Shown here: positions 20,926 through 29,142 of the stretch, one piece after another | Layout of the letters: every line of letters starts with the position of its first letter | How positions within the stretch are numbered: the stretch's first letter is position 1 | Source of the DNA: Candidatus Thorarchaeota archaeon | GTDB taxonomy: Archaea; Asgardarchaeota; Thorarchaeia; Thorarchaeales; Thorarchaeaceae | DNA length: 64,000 nucleotides | Reading direction: 5' to 3' | NCBI GenBank assembly: GCA_048882325.1 | Contig: JBHLRS010000018.1 | Coordinates: 42-64,041 of the forward strand | Translations under genes and position numbers: made by a program | Notes under the pieces: generated by a model | Told to the model about the DNA's origin: nothing | The model's database searches: none | Seen by the model: the letters and a program-made list of their open reading frames with translations, nothing else

Positions 20926-22881
20926 GTGAAGGAAACCTTCGAATTTGGTGGTGAGATCGTCTGGCAACCATCACCTGAACAAGTGAATGAGTCCAATCTC
21001 ATGAAATTCATGAAGGAACATGGAATTGAAACATTTGACGAACTCATGCAGCGATCTACCGAGGACGTTGCATGGTTCACTGATGCACTTCTGACCTTTC
21101 TTGATATACGATTCTATGAGCCATATGAAAAGGTTGTAGACCTCTCGAAAGGAATTGCTTGGCCAAAATGGTGTGTCAATGGCAAGATGAACGTTGTACA
21201 CAACTGTCTAGACAAGTATATGGGAACACCCATTGAAACCCAACCAGCTTTGATTTGGGAAGGTGAAGATGGATCGACTAGCTCCAAAACATATGGCGAG
21301 CTGTTCAGAGACGTCAACAGGATGGCAAACGCACTCCGTGAACTCGGCTTAGGACTTAGAGATCCGATTGGAATATTCATGCCAATGATTCCTGAGATAG
21401 CAGTTGCACTACTTGCAATCGCCAAGATTGGTGGCATCATTCTACCCTTGTTTTCTGGTTTTGGAGTCAATGCGATTGCGGACAGGTTAGGTGATGCTGA
21501 TGCTAAGGCAATATTCACCGTGGACGCATCACTACGACGTGGAAAAACTATTCCTATGAAGCCAGTTGCTGACGAAGTCGCTAAGCGGATTCCCTCGCTG
21601 TCACACATGATTATTCTAAAGCTGACTGATGTTCCTATAGAGATGAAATCTGACCGTGATCACTGGTGGAACGAGTTGGTGGAGAACCAATCAGAAACTG
21701 CTCCTACCGAAATTACGGATGCAGAATCTCCGGTGATGATTATCTACACTTCGGGCACCACAGGTCTTGCAAAGGGAGCTGTCCATACTCATTGCGGTTT
21801 CCCAATCAAATCAGCTCAAGACATGGCATTCGGCACTGACTTACATGCTAGTGAGATTATCTACTGGATGACTGATATGGGCTGGATGATGGGTCCGTGG
21901 CTTGTCTTTGGAGCATTGATTCTGGGCGGCACCTTCTTCCTCTATGATGGTGCACCAGATTATCCAGGTCCAGATCGATTGTGGGAGATTGTTGAAAAAC
22001 ACAAAATCTCGATTCTGGGAGTTTCACCAACTCTAATTCGTCTCTTGATGACTCATGGCGAAGACCCAATCAAACTGCATGACCTTTCGTCGCTACGTTA
22101 TCTTGCATCTACTGGTGAGCCTTGGAATCCTGACCCGTGGATGTGGCTATTTGAGAAAGTTGGTAAAAGAAAAATCCCAATCATAAACTATTCAGGAGGG
22201 ACTGAAATCTCGGGAGGAATTGTCATGGGCAATCCGCTTCTTCCTCTAAAGGCGTGTGCCTTTTCCGGGCCATGTCCGGGTATTGCAGCAGACGTGTTTG
22301 ATGAGAATGGGAAGCCAATTCGAGATAAGGTCGGTGAGCTTGTCATCAAATCGCCTTGGATTGGGATGACGCGCGGATTCTGGAAGAATCCGGAAAGATA
22401 TGAGAATACCTACTGGTCTCGCTGGGAGAATGTTTGGGTCCATGGAGACTTTGCTGCAATTGATTCAGATGGGCTCTGGTATATTCTTGGCAGGTCTGAT
22501 GATATCATCAAGGTTGCAGGCAAGAGATTCGGACCTGCTGAGGCGGAGTCAGTCTTAGTGAGCCATCCTGCTGTTGTTGAGGCTGCAACAATTGGTGTTC
22601 CACACAAGATAAAGCTGAATGAACTTGTGGTATTTTGTGTACTCACTCCAGGAACTGAGCCATCTGAAGACTTGCGCGAGGAGCTGAAGCAATCAGTGGC
22701 AATAGCAATGGGCAAACCACTGACACCCAAAGCGGTCCTTTTTGTCTCTGATTTGCCAAAAACACGGAATGCTAAAGTGATGCGAAGAATGATCCGAGCC
22801 GCATATCTCGGAGAGGACCCGGGTGATACAGCATCTCTTGTCAATCCAGAGGCTGTTGAGGAGATAAAACGAGCGCGTTAG
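20926..22881 (+). CDS. AMP-forming acyl-CoA (acetyl-CoA-type) synthetase
   Basis: YTSGTTG.AKG, STGEPWNP, GRSDD, LPKTRNAKVMRR. Confidence 0.93.
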   Translation: MKETFEFGGEIVWQPSPEQVNESNLMKFMKEHGIETFDELMQRSTEDVAWFTDALLTFLDIRFYEPYEKVVDLSKGIAWPKWCVNGKMNVVHNCLDKYMGTPIETQPALIWEGEDGSTSSKTYGELFRDVNRMANALRELGLGLRDPIGIFMPMIPEIAVALLAIAKIGGIILPLFSGFGVNAIADRLGDADAKAIFTVDASLRRGKTIPMKPVADEVAKRIPSLSHMIILKLTDVPIEMKSDRDHWWNELVENQSETAPTEITDAESPVMIIYTSGTTGLAKGAVHTHCGFPIKSAQDMAFGTDLHASEIIYWMTDMGWMMGPWLVFGALILGGTFFLYDGAPDYPGPDRLWEIVEKHKISILGVSPTLIRLLMTHGEDPIKLHDLSSLRYLASTGEPWNPDPWMWLFEKVGKRKIPIINYSGGTEISGGIVMGNPLLPLKACAFSGPCPGIAADVFDENGKPIRDKVGELVIKSPWIGMTRGFWKNPERYENTYWSRWENVWVHGDFAAIDSDGLWYILGRSDDIIKVAGKRFGPAEAESVLVSHPAVVEAATIGVPHKIKLNELVVFCVLTPGTEPSEDLREELKQSVAIAMGKPLTPKAVLFVSDLPKTRNAKVMRRMIRAAYLGEDPGDTASLVNPEAVEEIKRAR

Positions 22882-22900
22882 AGTATAAAAAAAGAAGGAC

Positions 22901-22930
22901 AACGGGGAAGTTTATGCAACTTCTCCCGTT
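22901..22930. terminator. Inverted repeat between convergent genes, likely terminator
   Basis: aacggggaagtt...aacttctcccgtt flanked by an A-run and a T-run. Confidence 0.55.
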
Positions 22931-22939
22931 TTTATGTTG

Positions 22940-23005
22940 CTACTTCTTCTTTTTCTTAGAAGCTGTTGCTGGTTTTGCTTTCTTTGCTGGTTTCTTCTTA
23001 GACAT
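22940..23005 (-). CDS. Lys-rich micropeptide MSKKKPAKKAKPATASKKKKK (21 aa; may start upstream at ATG 23020 or GTG 23077)
   Basis: Read manually; the frame is open up to a GTG overlapping the acidic peptide's TGA. Confidence 0.6.
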   Translation of the reverse strand: MSKKKPAKKAKPATASKKKKK

Positions 23006-23073
23006 AGCAATCAAATCCATGTCTGGGCTCAGATTGGCCGAGTTGCTACTTGGAACGACGACTAAACTTCGAC

Positions 23074-23151
23074 TCACCAGTCGTCGTCATCGTCGTCTTC
23101 CCAATCATCGTCGTCGTCTGCATCCCAGGTATCTTCATCATCGAAGTGCAT
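23074..23151 (-). CDS. Acidic Trp micropeptide, copy 1: MHFDDEDTWDADDDDDWEDDDDDDW
   Basis: GAGGTGA RBS before ATG; paralog at 26831-26911. Confidence 0.75.
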   Translation of the reverse strand: MHFDDEDTWDADDDDDWEDDDDDDW

Positions 23152-23398
23152 TTATGTCACCTCACAACAGTGTCTGACAAATCAAGAGTAAAAGATGTCT
23201 AGTGTTTTCTTACATGTTTATACTCCTTTAATATTCAAAATAGAGGCTTTAAAATCCAAAAATGTTGAACAGAGATTTATCAAGGCATTTTGATAAGATA
23301 TAGGCTGTTATACGCAGTAGACAAAGATATTAACGGTTTTTGTAGTCGCTTAAATGTGTCACTCAAGACTTATGTTTTGATGACAAACACAACCCACG

Positions 23399-24238
23399 AT
23401 GACCGAATCTAGTATTGATGTAATCACTCCAACAACATCTGAACTGAAGGGAAACTCCCGACTTATTGTATTACTTGGGTCACCGGAGGGAACAAGAAAC
23501 ACATCCAAGAAGCTCTCTACATATCCTGATGTTGAACGGCTTCGCAGAGGCTTGTTCATTGTTCATGGATATTCAGAAAAGCATGCTGCAACTCTAGATT
23601 CTCAACCATCAATCTCACTCATAAAAACCAGAGAAATACCTAGTTTCCGGGAAAAGGTTGAGGATGAATATCCAAATCGTGTTTACACCATTGTTTCGTT
23701 CAGTTTCAAGGATCCAACAGCAAAACAGAAGAAACGTGTTGAACGTTTAATTCGAAAAACAACTGCAATACGACTTAGACCGGGTGTTATCATTTTTCCA
23801 CTCTTTCGAGCTAAAGATCGCAGACGAATTATTGGTACTGAAGAAGATAGAGTTTTGATTGATTCACGAGAATTCAGCAGGTCTGTCCATGAGATTGGTG
23901 GAAACACTATACGATGGGCCCGTCTCAAAGTCACAAACTCAAGTGGTAGTCATCACGTAAAACAAGCGATTGAGAATACTTTCAGTAGAGACCTTCATGC
24001 CCTAGAGGACAAGATACGAAGTCTTCGAGAGCAATCCAGGGATAGCGATATCTCAATAAAACGATTGAAAAAGAACTATGGACAACTTTCCCGTAGTTTT
24101 CGAGAACTGAAGACAAAGTGGCTATTGGCTAAGAAGTTATGGTCCTACGACGCAGAGAAACCCCTCAAACGAATCTACAACATTCTAATCAATACTAGAC
24201 GCATGATATTGACTGAAGAAGCACGACGTGCAGATTGA
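23399..24238 (+). CDS. Hypothetical basic protein with ChrB-N/PaaX/Cas2-like ferredoxin domain and coiled coil
   Basis: YTIVSFSF...RVERLIRKTTAIRLRPGVIIFP resembles the ChrB_N/PaaX pattern; helical C-terminus. Confidence 0.6.
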   Translation: MTESSIDVITPTTSELKGNSRLIVLLGSPEGTRNTSKKLSTYPDVERLRRGLFIVHGYSEKHAATLDSQPSISLIKTREIPSFREKVEDEYPNRVYTIVSFSFKDPTAKQKKRVERLIRKTTAIRLRPGVIIFPLFRAKDRRRIIGTEEDRVLIDSREFSRSVHEIGGNTIRWARLKVTNSSGSHHVKQAIENTFSRDLHALEDKIRSLREQSRDSDISIKRLKKNYGQLSRSFRELKTKWLLAKKLWSYDAEKPLKRIYNILINTRRMILTEEARRAD

Positions 24239-24254
24239 GGTGTGAACCCATCCA

Positions 24255-26276
24255 TCAAGAATCGCAATTTGTGCATCCTGCATAGAGGACCTGAACTCCA
24301 CCGAGGCATCCATCCCGAAACACAGTAGTTCCCTTGAGCTGAAGCTCGTCCGCTAACATGAATATCTTCTCTACATCCTCAGTTGTTGCATTGTTTGGAA
24401 GGTTGACCGTCTTACTCACAGCATTGTCAGTGTGTTTCTGAAAAGCAGCCTGCATCCGGATGTGCCACTCAGGGTCAATCTCATGCGCAGCCTTGAAGAC
24501 CCGTTTCACATCAGCTGGTACTGCATCAATATGCTGCACAGACCCGGTCTTTGCCACCTCATGTTCAATCTCATCACTCCAAAAACCTCGATCAACTGCG
24601 ACCTGTTCAAAGAGTGGGTTGACTTCGCTTAGATGGATTCCTTCAGCCAACATCCGACTGTGAGCAATTGCAAAGAGTGGCTCAATACCACTACTGGTCT
24701 GAGCAATAAGACTGATACTTCCCGTAGGTGCTATCGTTATGAGACTAGCATTCCTCTTCCATTTGTTTCGCTTCTTCAAGAGGGCAAAGTTCTCGAAGTT
24801 GCCTCTGATTCTTGCTAGTTCAGCAGAAGCTCGTTCTGCCTTTTGACGAATGAAGGCCATCACCTCTTCAGCTTTCTCTAATCCCTTTACTGAATCATAT
24901 GGAATCCCCAGTTTAATCAACAGCTCTGCAAATCCCATTATACCGAGACCTATCTTCCTGTTTGATTTGGTCACTTTCTCGATTTCAGCTACTGGAAAGA
25001 CATTCACGTCAATAATGTTGTCGAGAAAACGGACTGCTAGCTTTACAACTTCCTCTAGTCTTGACCAGTTTATCTCACCATCTTTGACCATTTTGGAAAG
25101 ATTGATGCTACCTAGAACACAAGACTCGTAGGGTAACAAAGGTTGTTCACCGCACGGATTTGTAGATTCTACAAGCTCTCCTTTCAATGGATGTTCATCA
25201 TTAATCCGGTCGATGAATATAAGACCTGGATCTCCAGTGCTCCAAGCATTGTGCACTATTGCATCGAATATCACTCTAGCACTGATTTTCTGTGTTACTT
25301 CCTTGTTATGAGGTGCAATCAACTCAATTTCTTTCTCATTTTTCAAAGCATCAAGGAATGGTTTTGTAAGTGCCACTGATATGTTGAAGTTTCTGAAAGA
25401 CTGTTTGTCAGACTTGCACGCAATAAACTCCATTATGTCTGGATGATCACAGCGAAGAATCGCCATATTTGCTCCTCTTCTACGTCCTCCCTGCTTGATG
25501 ATTTCTGTTGCTGTATCATAAACTTTCATGAACGATAATGGTCCACTAGCCACTCCTCCAGTGGTTCCCACAGTGGATCCTACAGGTCTCAATCTAGAGA
25601 AGGAGAAACCTGTCCCGCCTCCTGACTTCTGAACTATTGCCATGTTCTGAAGTGATGTGAATATGGATGTCATATTGTCCTCTATGGGGAGAACGAAACA
25701 AGCACTGCATTGACCAATCTCTGTACCGGCATTAAAGAGAGTTGGACTATTAGGAAGGAACTCAAGGTTTGCCATCATGTAGTAGAACAGATTATCATAC
25801 TCTTCTACATCTGCGTTATCATCATACTTCTGTTCTATACTAGCGACAGCTTCAGAAACTCGTCGAAACATTTGTGATGGGGTCTCCAATGGATTGCCTT
25901 CTTCGTCCTTCAGAAGGTATCTTGAGAGAACTGTTGCTGCGTTCGGACCGAATTTGAGGTCATCAACCACTCCCATCATTTGCAGTATCTTACGCGCCTC
26001 ATGATGCTTCTCGCGGTATTTCATATAGCGACGGGCAATCTCCGTGAATCCTCGCAACATCAGTGTGTCTTCTACAATGTCCTGTATCTCTTCTATATGG
26101 ATGACATCACGTTCTTGTTCATGAATGATTTGGACGACTTCCTTAGTTAGTCCTCTCACAGGTCCTGTGTCTGCACTAATAGATTCGAATGCTTTTGCGA
26201 TGGCAGCTTCAATCTTGGATTCATCAAAATCTACTATTCTCTTGTCTCGTTTCTCTACTCTCACTATGATCCTCAC
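24255..26276 (-). CDS. nrdJ: Class II (adenosylcobalamin-dependent) ribonucleotide reductase with N-terminal ATP cone
   Basis: VEKRD..IVDFD.SKI ATP cone; PNSPTL, SACFV, QGGRRRGANM, TNPCGEQPL, TIAPTGS; C-terminal CxxC. Confidence 0.95.
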   Translation of the reverse strand: MRIIVRVEKRDKRIVDFDESKIEAAIAKAFESISADTGPVRGLTKEVVQIIHEQERDVIHIEEIQDIVEDTLMLRGFTEIARRYMKYREKHHEARKILQMMGVVDDLKFGPNAATVLSRYLLKDEEGNPLETPSQMFRRVSEAVASIEQKYDDNADVEEYDNLFYYMMANLEFLPNSPTLFNAGTEIGQCSACFVLPIEDNMTSIFTSLQNMAIVQKSGGGTGFSFSRLRPVGSTVGTTGGVASGPLSFMKVYDTATEIIKQGGRRRGANMAILRCDHPDIMEFIACKSDKQSFRNFNISVALTKPFLDALKNEKEIELIAPHNKEVTQKISARVIFDAIVHNAWSTGDPGLIFIDRINDEHPLKGELVESTNPCGEQPLLPYESCVLGSINLSKMVKDGEINWSRLEEVVKLAVRFLDNIIDVNVFPVAEIEKVTKSNRKIGLGIMGFAELLIKLGIPYDSVKGLEKAEEVMAFIRQKAERASAELARIRGNFENFALLKKRNKWKRNASLITIAPTGSISLIAQTSSGIEPLFAIAHSRMLAEGIHLSEVNPLFEQVAVDRGFWSDEIEHEVAKTGSVQHIDAVPADVKRVFKAAHEIDPEWHIRMQAAFQKHTDNAVSKTVNLPNNATTEDVEKIFMLADELQLKGTTVFRDGCLGGVQVLYAGCTNCDS

Positions 26277-26350
26277 CGGCGGAGTTCTCTCTCACAAGAA
26301 GAACTGTCTATACTCCTATAAGGCCCCCTACTATATTTTACTTTAGTACA

Positions 26351-26749
26351 ATGAGATTATGGAGCATACACCCAAAGTATCTTGACTCAAAGGGGTTAGT
26401 CGCTTTGTGGAGAGAGTCTCTTCTTGCACAGAAGGTACTTCAAGGCAAAACTAAGGGATACCGGTTTCATCCTCAACTTGATAGATTCAAAAACGCAGAG
26501 AATCCTGTCGCGTCAATTGGATTCTACTTGTACCATGTCTATTTAGAAAGCAAAGAGAGGAATTACAAGTTCCAGCTGTCTAAGATTGATACTCTTGAGG
26601 ATGTGCCCAAAATTAGAATCTCGTATGATCTATTACATTCTGAATTCCAGCACTTACTTGGTAAATTGGAAACTCGCGATAAAGCGAGATACAAACAGAA
26701 TCTCAGCTTTGATAAAATCGAGCCTCATCCACTTTTCGTAACAGTATGA
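26351..26749 (+). CDS. Pyrimidine dimer DNA glycosylase/endonuclease V family
   Basis: MRLWSIHPKYLD.KGLVALWRE.LLAQKVL.G.TKGY..HPQL.RF. Confidence 0.92.
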   Translation: MRLWSIHPKYLDSKGLVALWRESLLAQKVLQGKTKGYRFHPQLDRFKNAENPVASIGFYLYHVYLESKERNYKFQLSKIDTLEDVPKIRISYDLLHSEFQHLLGKLETRDKARYKQNLSFDKIEPHPLFVTV

Positions 26750-26762
26750 GGATGGTGGGGTA

Positions 26763-26828
26763 ATGGAAATCAAACCAATTGGTGTGATCAGAACTCCCTT
26801 CAAATCCAAGAAAGAAATCTTGGATTAA
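26763..26828 (+). pseudogene. N-terminal remnant of TrmO/TsaA tRNA methyltransferase
   Basis: MEIKPIGVIRTPFKSKKEILD* matches the typical TrmO N-terminus (IKPIG.I.(S/T)PF). Confidence 0.6.
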
Positions 26829-26830
26829 GA

Positions 26831-26911
26831 TTACCAATCGTCATCATCTTCGTCCCACTCATCATCCTCCCAATCTTCTTCTTCCCAGAGATCATCATCT
26901 TCGAAGTGCAT
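26831..26911 (-). CDS. Acidic Trp micropeptide, copy 2: MHFEDDDLWEEEDWEDDEWDEDDDDW
   Basis: GAGG upstream of ATG; same MHF start and DW* end as copy 1. Confidence 0.75.
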   Translation of the reverse strand: MHFEDDDLWEEEDWEDDEWDEDDDDW

Positions 26912-26974
26912 TCTTCTGCCTCTAGCTGACCATCTGAGGAAACCACGACACTGAGGCATTAATGAGTTTCTAAT

Positions 26975-27787
26975 CTAGAAAATATCCAAATCATGACCTG
27001 AAAAGACCTCTCCTGTGTATCGGTCTGATACTTCAGATACCAGTTCTTCCTCGGTCCGCCCCCATAGAAGTTGATGATACATCACCAATACTCTGGGTTT
27101 CACATTGCTGGCTATTTCCGCCAACTCATAGGATGAAGTATGAACAGCTGAATGGTACCTCTGCCACTCTTTAGATAGACTCTGAAGTCCTATTGCTGAA
27201 TACACTTCATGAATCAGAACGTCGCAACCTTTTGCCGCATTGATAAGGTTCTGAGTTGGGTATGTATCACCTGAAACAACAATGGTCCTATCTGGAGTCA
27301 CCAACTTGTATCCAAAGGCGTCCAATGAACCGTGGTCCACTCTGAAAGCTACCACCTCCATGAAGTCATCCTGATAGATTGGTCCCCCAGATATTTCGTG
27401 TGTGTCGACTATATACGATGACTTTTTGGCAGGTTCCAACCCATTAATACGTTCGTTAATGTCAATCTCGAATGCTGCCATGATGTGTTTAGTCATATCA
27501 CTGAGACCCTTGGGTCCATAGACCTCTAAAGATCCAGACCTTCCTACAACTCTAGGGGTAAAGATGAGATCAGGATAACCTATTGTGTGGTCTGAATGCA
27601 GGTGTGTGAGGAAAGCTCGGTTGAGATTGGCTATGTTGATGCCTGCTTTTGCAGCTCTTCTAACAATCCCTGTACCAAAATCAATGATGTATACCGCTTC
27701 GTCAACTGTTATTGCAACGGCTGGTCCTGATCTGTCAGCATCGGGATTTGGATTTCCAGTTCCCAGGAGTATGACCCTACTCTTCAA
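26975..27787 (-). CDS. RNase Z-like MBL-fold hydrolase
   Basis: LLGTG.P, THLHSDH, VSGDT, LIHE, HTS motifs. Confidence 0.88.
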   Translation of the reverse strand: MKSRVILLGTGNPNPDADRSGPAVAITVDEAVYIIDFGTGIVRRAAKAGINIANLNRAFLTHLHSDHTIGYPDLIFTPRVVGRSGSLEVYGPKGLSDMTKHIMAAFEIDINERINGLEPAKKSSYIVDTHEISGGPIYQDDFMEVVAFRVDHGSLDAFGYKLVTPDRTIVVSGDTYPTQNLINAAKGCDVLIHEVYSAIGLQSLSKEWQRYHSAVHTSSYELAEIASNVKPRVLVMYHQLLWGRTEEELVSEVSDRYTGEVFSGHDLDIF

Positions 27788-27817
27788 ACGTGCAACCTCC
27801 TTAAACAGGTTCAAGCT

Positions 27818-28261
27818 TTACTGTTGCTCTTCCTGTTTGACCAAATTATCAAGTACTCTATGAAGGAGCAACTCGAGCTGGTCTATCTCTTCAGGTTGGA
27901 ATCCCTTGTAGAATATATTCGTCATCTCAACAGAAACCTCGATATAGACATTCAACATCTGCCTGGTCTTCCCAGTCATCTCGATCAGGACTTTCCGCCG
28001 ATCCTCATCAGATTGAACCCTCTTCACCAGTCCTGCGCTTTCAAGAGTGTCTAATAGCTCACTCAGTGTGGACTTTCGCAATAGTGTCTTCTTAATCAGT
28101 TCATTGATTGGAACACCATCTTCTTGTAAGAGGGCAAACAAAATCCTTCCTTGTCCGGGGCTGATATCGAGGTCACGTTCCTTGAGAAGCTCGGAGAAGA
28201 CCCTCCTTCCAAGATGGTGGATCTTTGTAACTAGAAATCCACCCTCTCTTTGTGACATCAT
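27818..28261 (-). CDS. MarR family regulator
   Basis: L..LE..GLV.R.....DRR...I..T wing motif. Confidence 0.92.
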   Translation of the reverse strand: MMSQREGGFLVTKIHHLGRRVFSELLKERDLDISPGQGRILFALLQEDGVPINELIKKTLLRKSTLSELLDTLESAGLVKRVQSDEDRRKVLIEMTGKTRQMLNVYIEVSVEMTNIFYKGFQPEEIDQLELLLHRVLDNLVKQEEQQ

Positions 28262-28263
28262 TC

Positions 28264-28731
28264 TTAATCACCTAACTCCAGTCTGAATGTAGAATTTCCA
28301 GTCCAACCTTTGGCAACAGTTGGTATGATTCTTAGTACAGTGTGGTCTGGATCATCATATCCCTTGGGATAGTACCGTTCCCAGCCTTCATGCCAGATGC
28401 TCTTCTTTAGTTCCGAATCCTCAACAATCTCAATCTCTCCTCCAAACATCACTCCCTGTGAAATCTCTGGTTTACAGTAGTAAACAGAAGCTGCTGGTCT
28501 TGCCTGAATATCTCTGACTTTATCGGATGAGGTGTTGGTGGAAAACAACATCATAAAATCATCGTGATGCTTGGTAAAAATTGATGCAAGCTTCGGAAAT
28601 CGATCTTTGTTCCTGAAACTGAACATTGCTCTTGTCTGCGGAAATCCCTTTTCATCAACTGTTGTCACGTAAGCTGGCCATCCCGTTTGCAAAAGGTCAA
28701 GGCACATTTTTCGGATTTCTGCTTCGTTCAT
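28264..28731 (-). CDS. Pyridoxamine 5'-phosphate oxidase-like (general stress protein 26) FMN-binding protein
   Basis: TVD.KGFPQTR, STNTSS.KV, W...W.RYYP.G.DDPD. Confidence 0.88.
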   Translation of the reverse strand: MNEAEIRKMCLDLLQTGWPAYVTTVDEKGFPQTRAMFSFRNKDRFPKLASIFTKHHDDFMMLFSTNTSSDKVRDIQARPAASVYYCKPEISQGVMFGGEIEIVEDSELKKSIWHEGWERYYPKGYDDPDHTVLRIIPTVAKGWTGNSTFRLELGD

Positions 28732-28747
28732 CGCAAACACCCAAGAA

Positions 28748-28783
28748 TTAGTTCGGAACCTAATCAACTAGTTCGGAACCTAA
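28748..28783. promoter_or_regulatory. Tandem near-palindromic operator (TAGTTCGGAACCTAA x2), candidate MarR site
   Basis: 15-bp direct repeat with 20-bp period; TTAGTTCGGAACCTAA is almost its own reverse complement; lies 17-52 nt upstream of the PNPOx-MarR-MBL operon. Confidence 0.7.
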
Positions 28784-29142
28784 CTAATAAAACCTTTGGT
28801 TCTAGATGTCCTGGTGAAAACAAAGTAGAACTCATAAAACTTAGAGGTGTAAAGCGAGAGAAAAAGCGTATCCACTAATTAGCATCGCGTTTTTTTTCTA
28901 CATCATTCGCATTCAATGGTCTAGACTAATCTGGTAATTACATACCGAAAGGTTCTGGGGGTTCTGTCTGAGGATCGTTCATTGTTATCTTATGTTTCTA
29001 GACGACAGTCTATACAAACTAGAACGAGAAAATTAGCAACTCAGAATGAAAGTTGCTTCCTGAAATGCAATTATCAAAAAAAAAGCAGCTTCAAATTGAA
29101 AAACCAGAAGCTCTTAAGTCTGGTTTTCGCATTGAAAACGTG

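Noticed and set aside
22914-23177. 87-aa plus-strand ORF with Phe and Arg/His runs
   Set aside because: It is the antisense shadow of the Lys-rich and acidic micropeptides, which have the RBS and a paralog
24255-26276. Intein in the ribonucleotide reductase
   Set aside because: Length and motif spacing are normal; no intein or LAGLIDADG motifs
23074-26911. Peptide duplicates as terminal direct repeats of a mobile element carrying nrdJ
   Set aside because: DNA identity is limited to a short stretch around the start codon; no integrase or transposase is present
28748-28783. Direct repeat as a mini CRISPR array
   Set aside because: Only two 15-bp units with a 5-bp spacer; no cas genes
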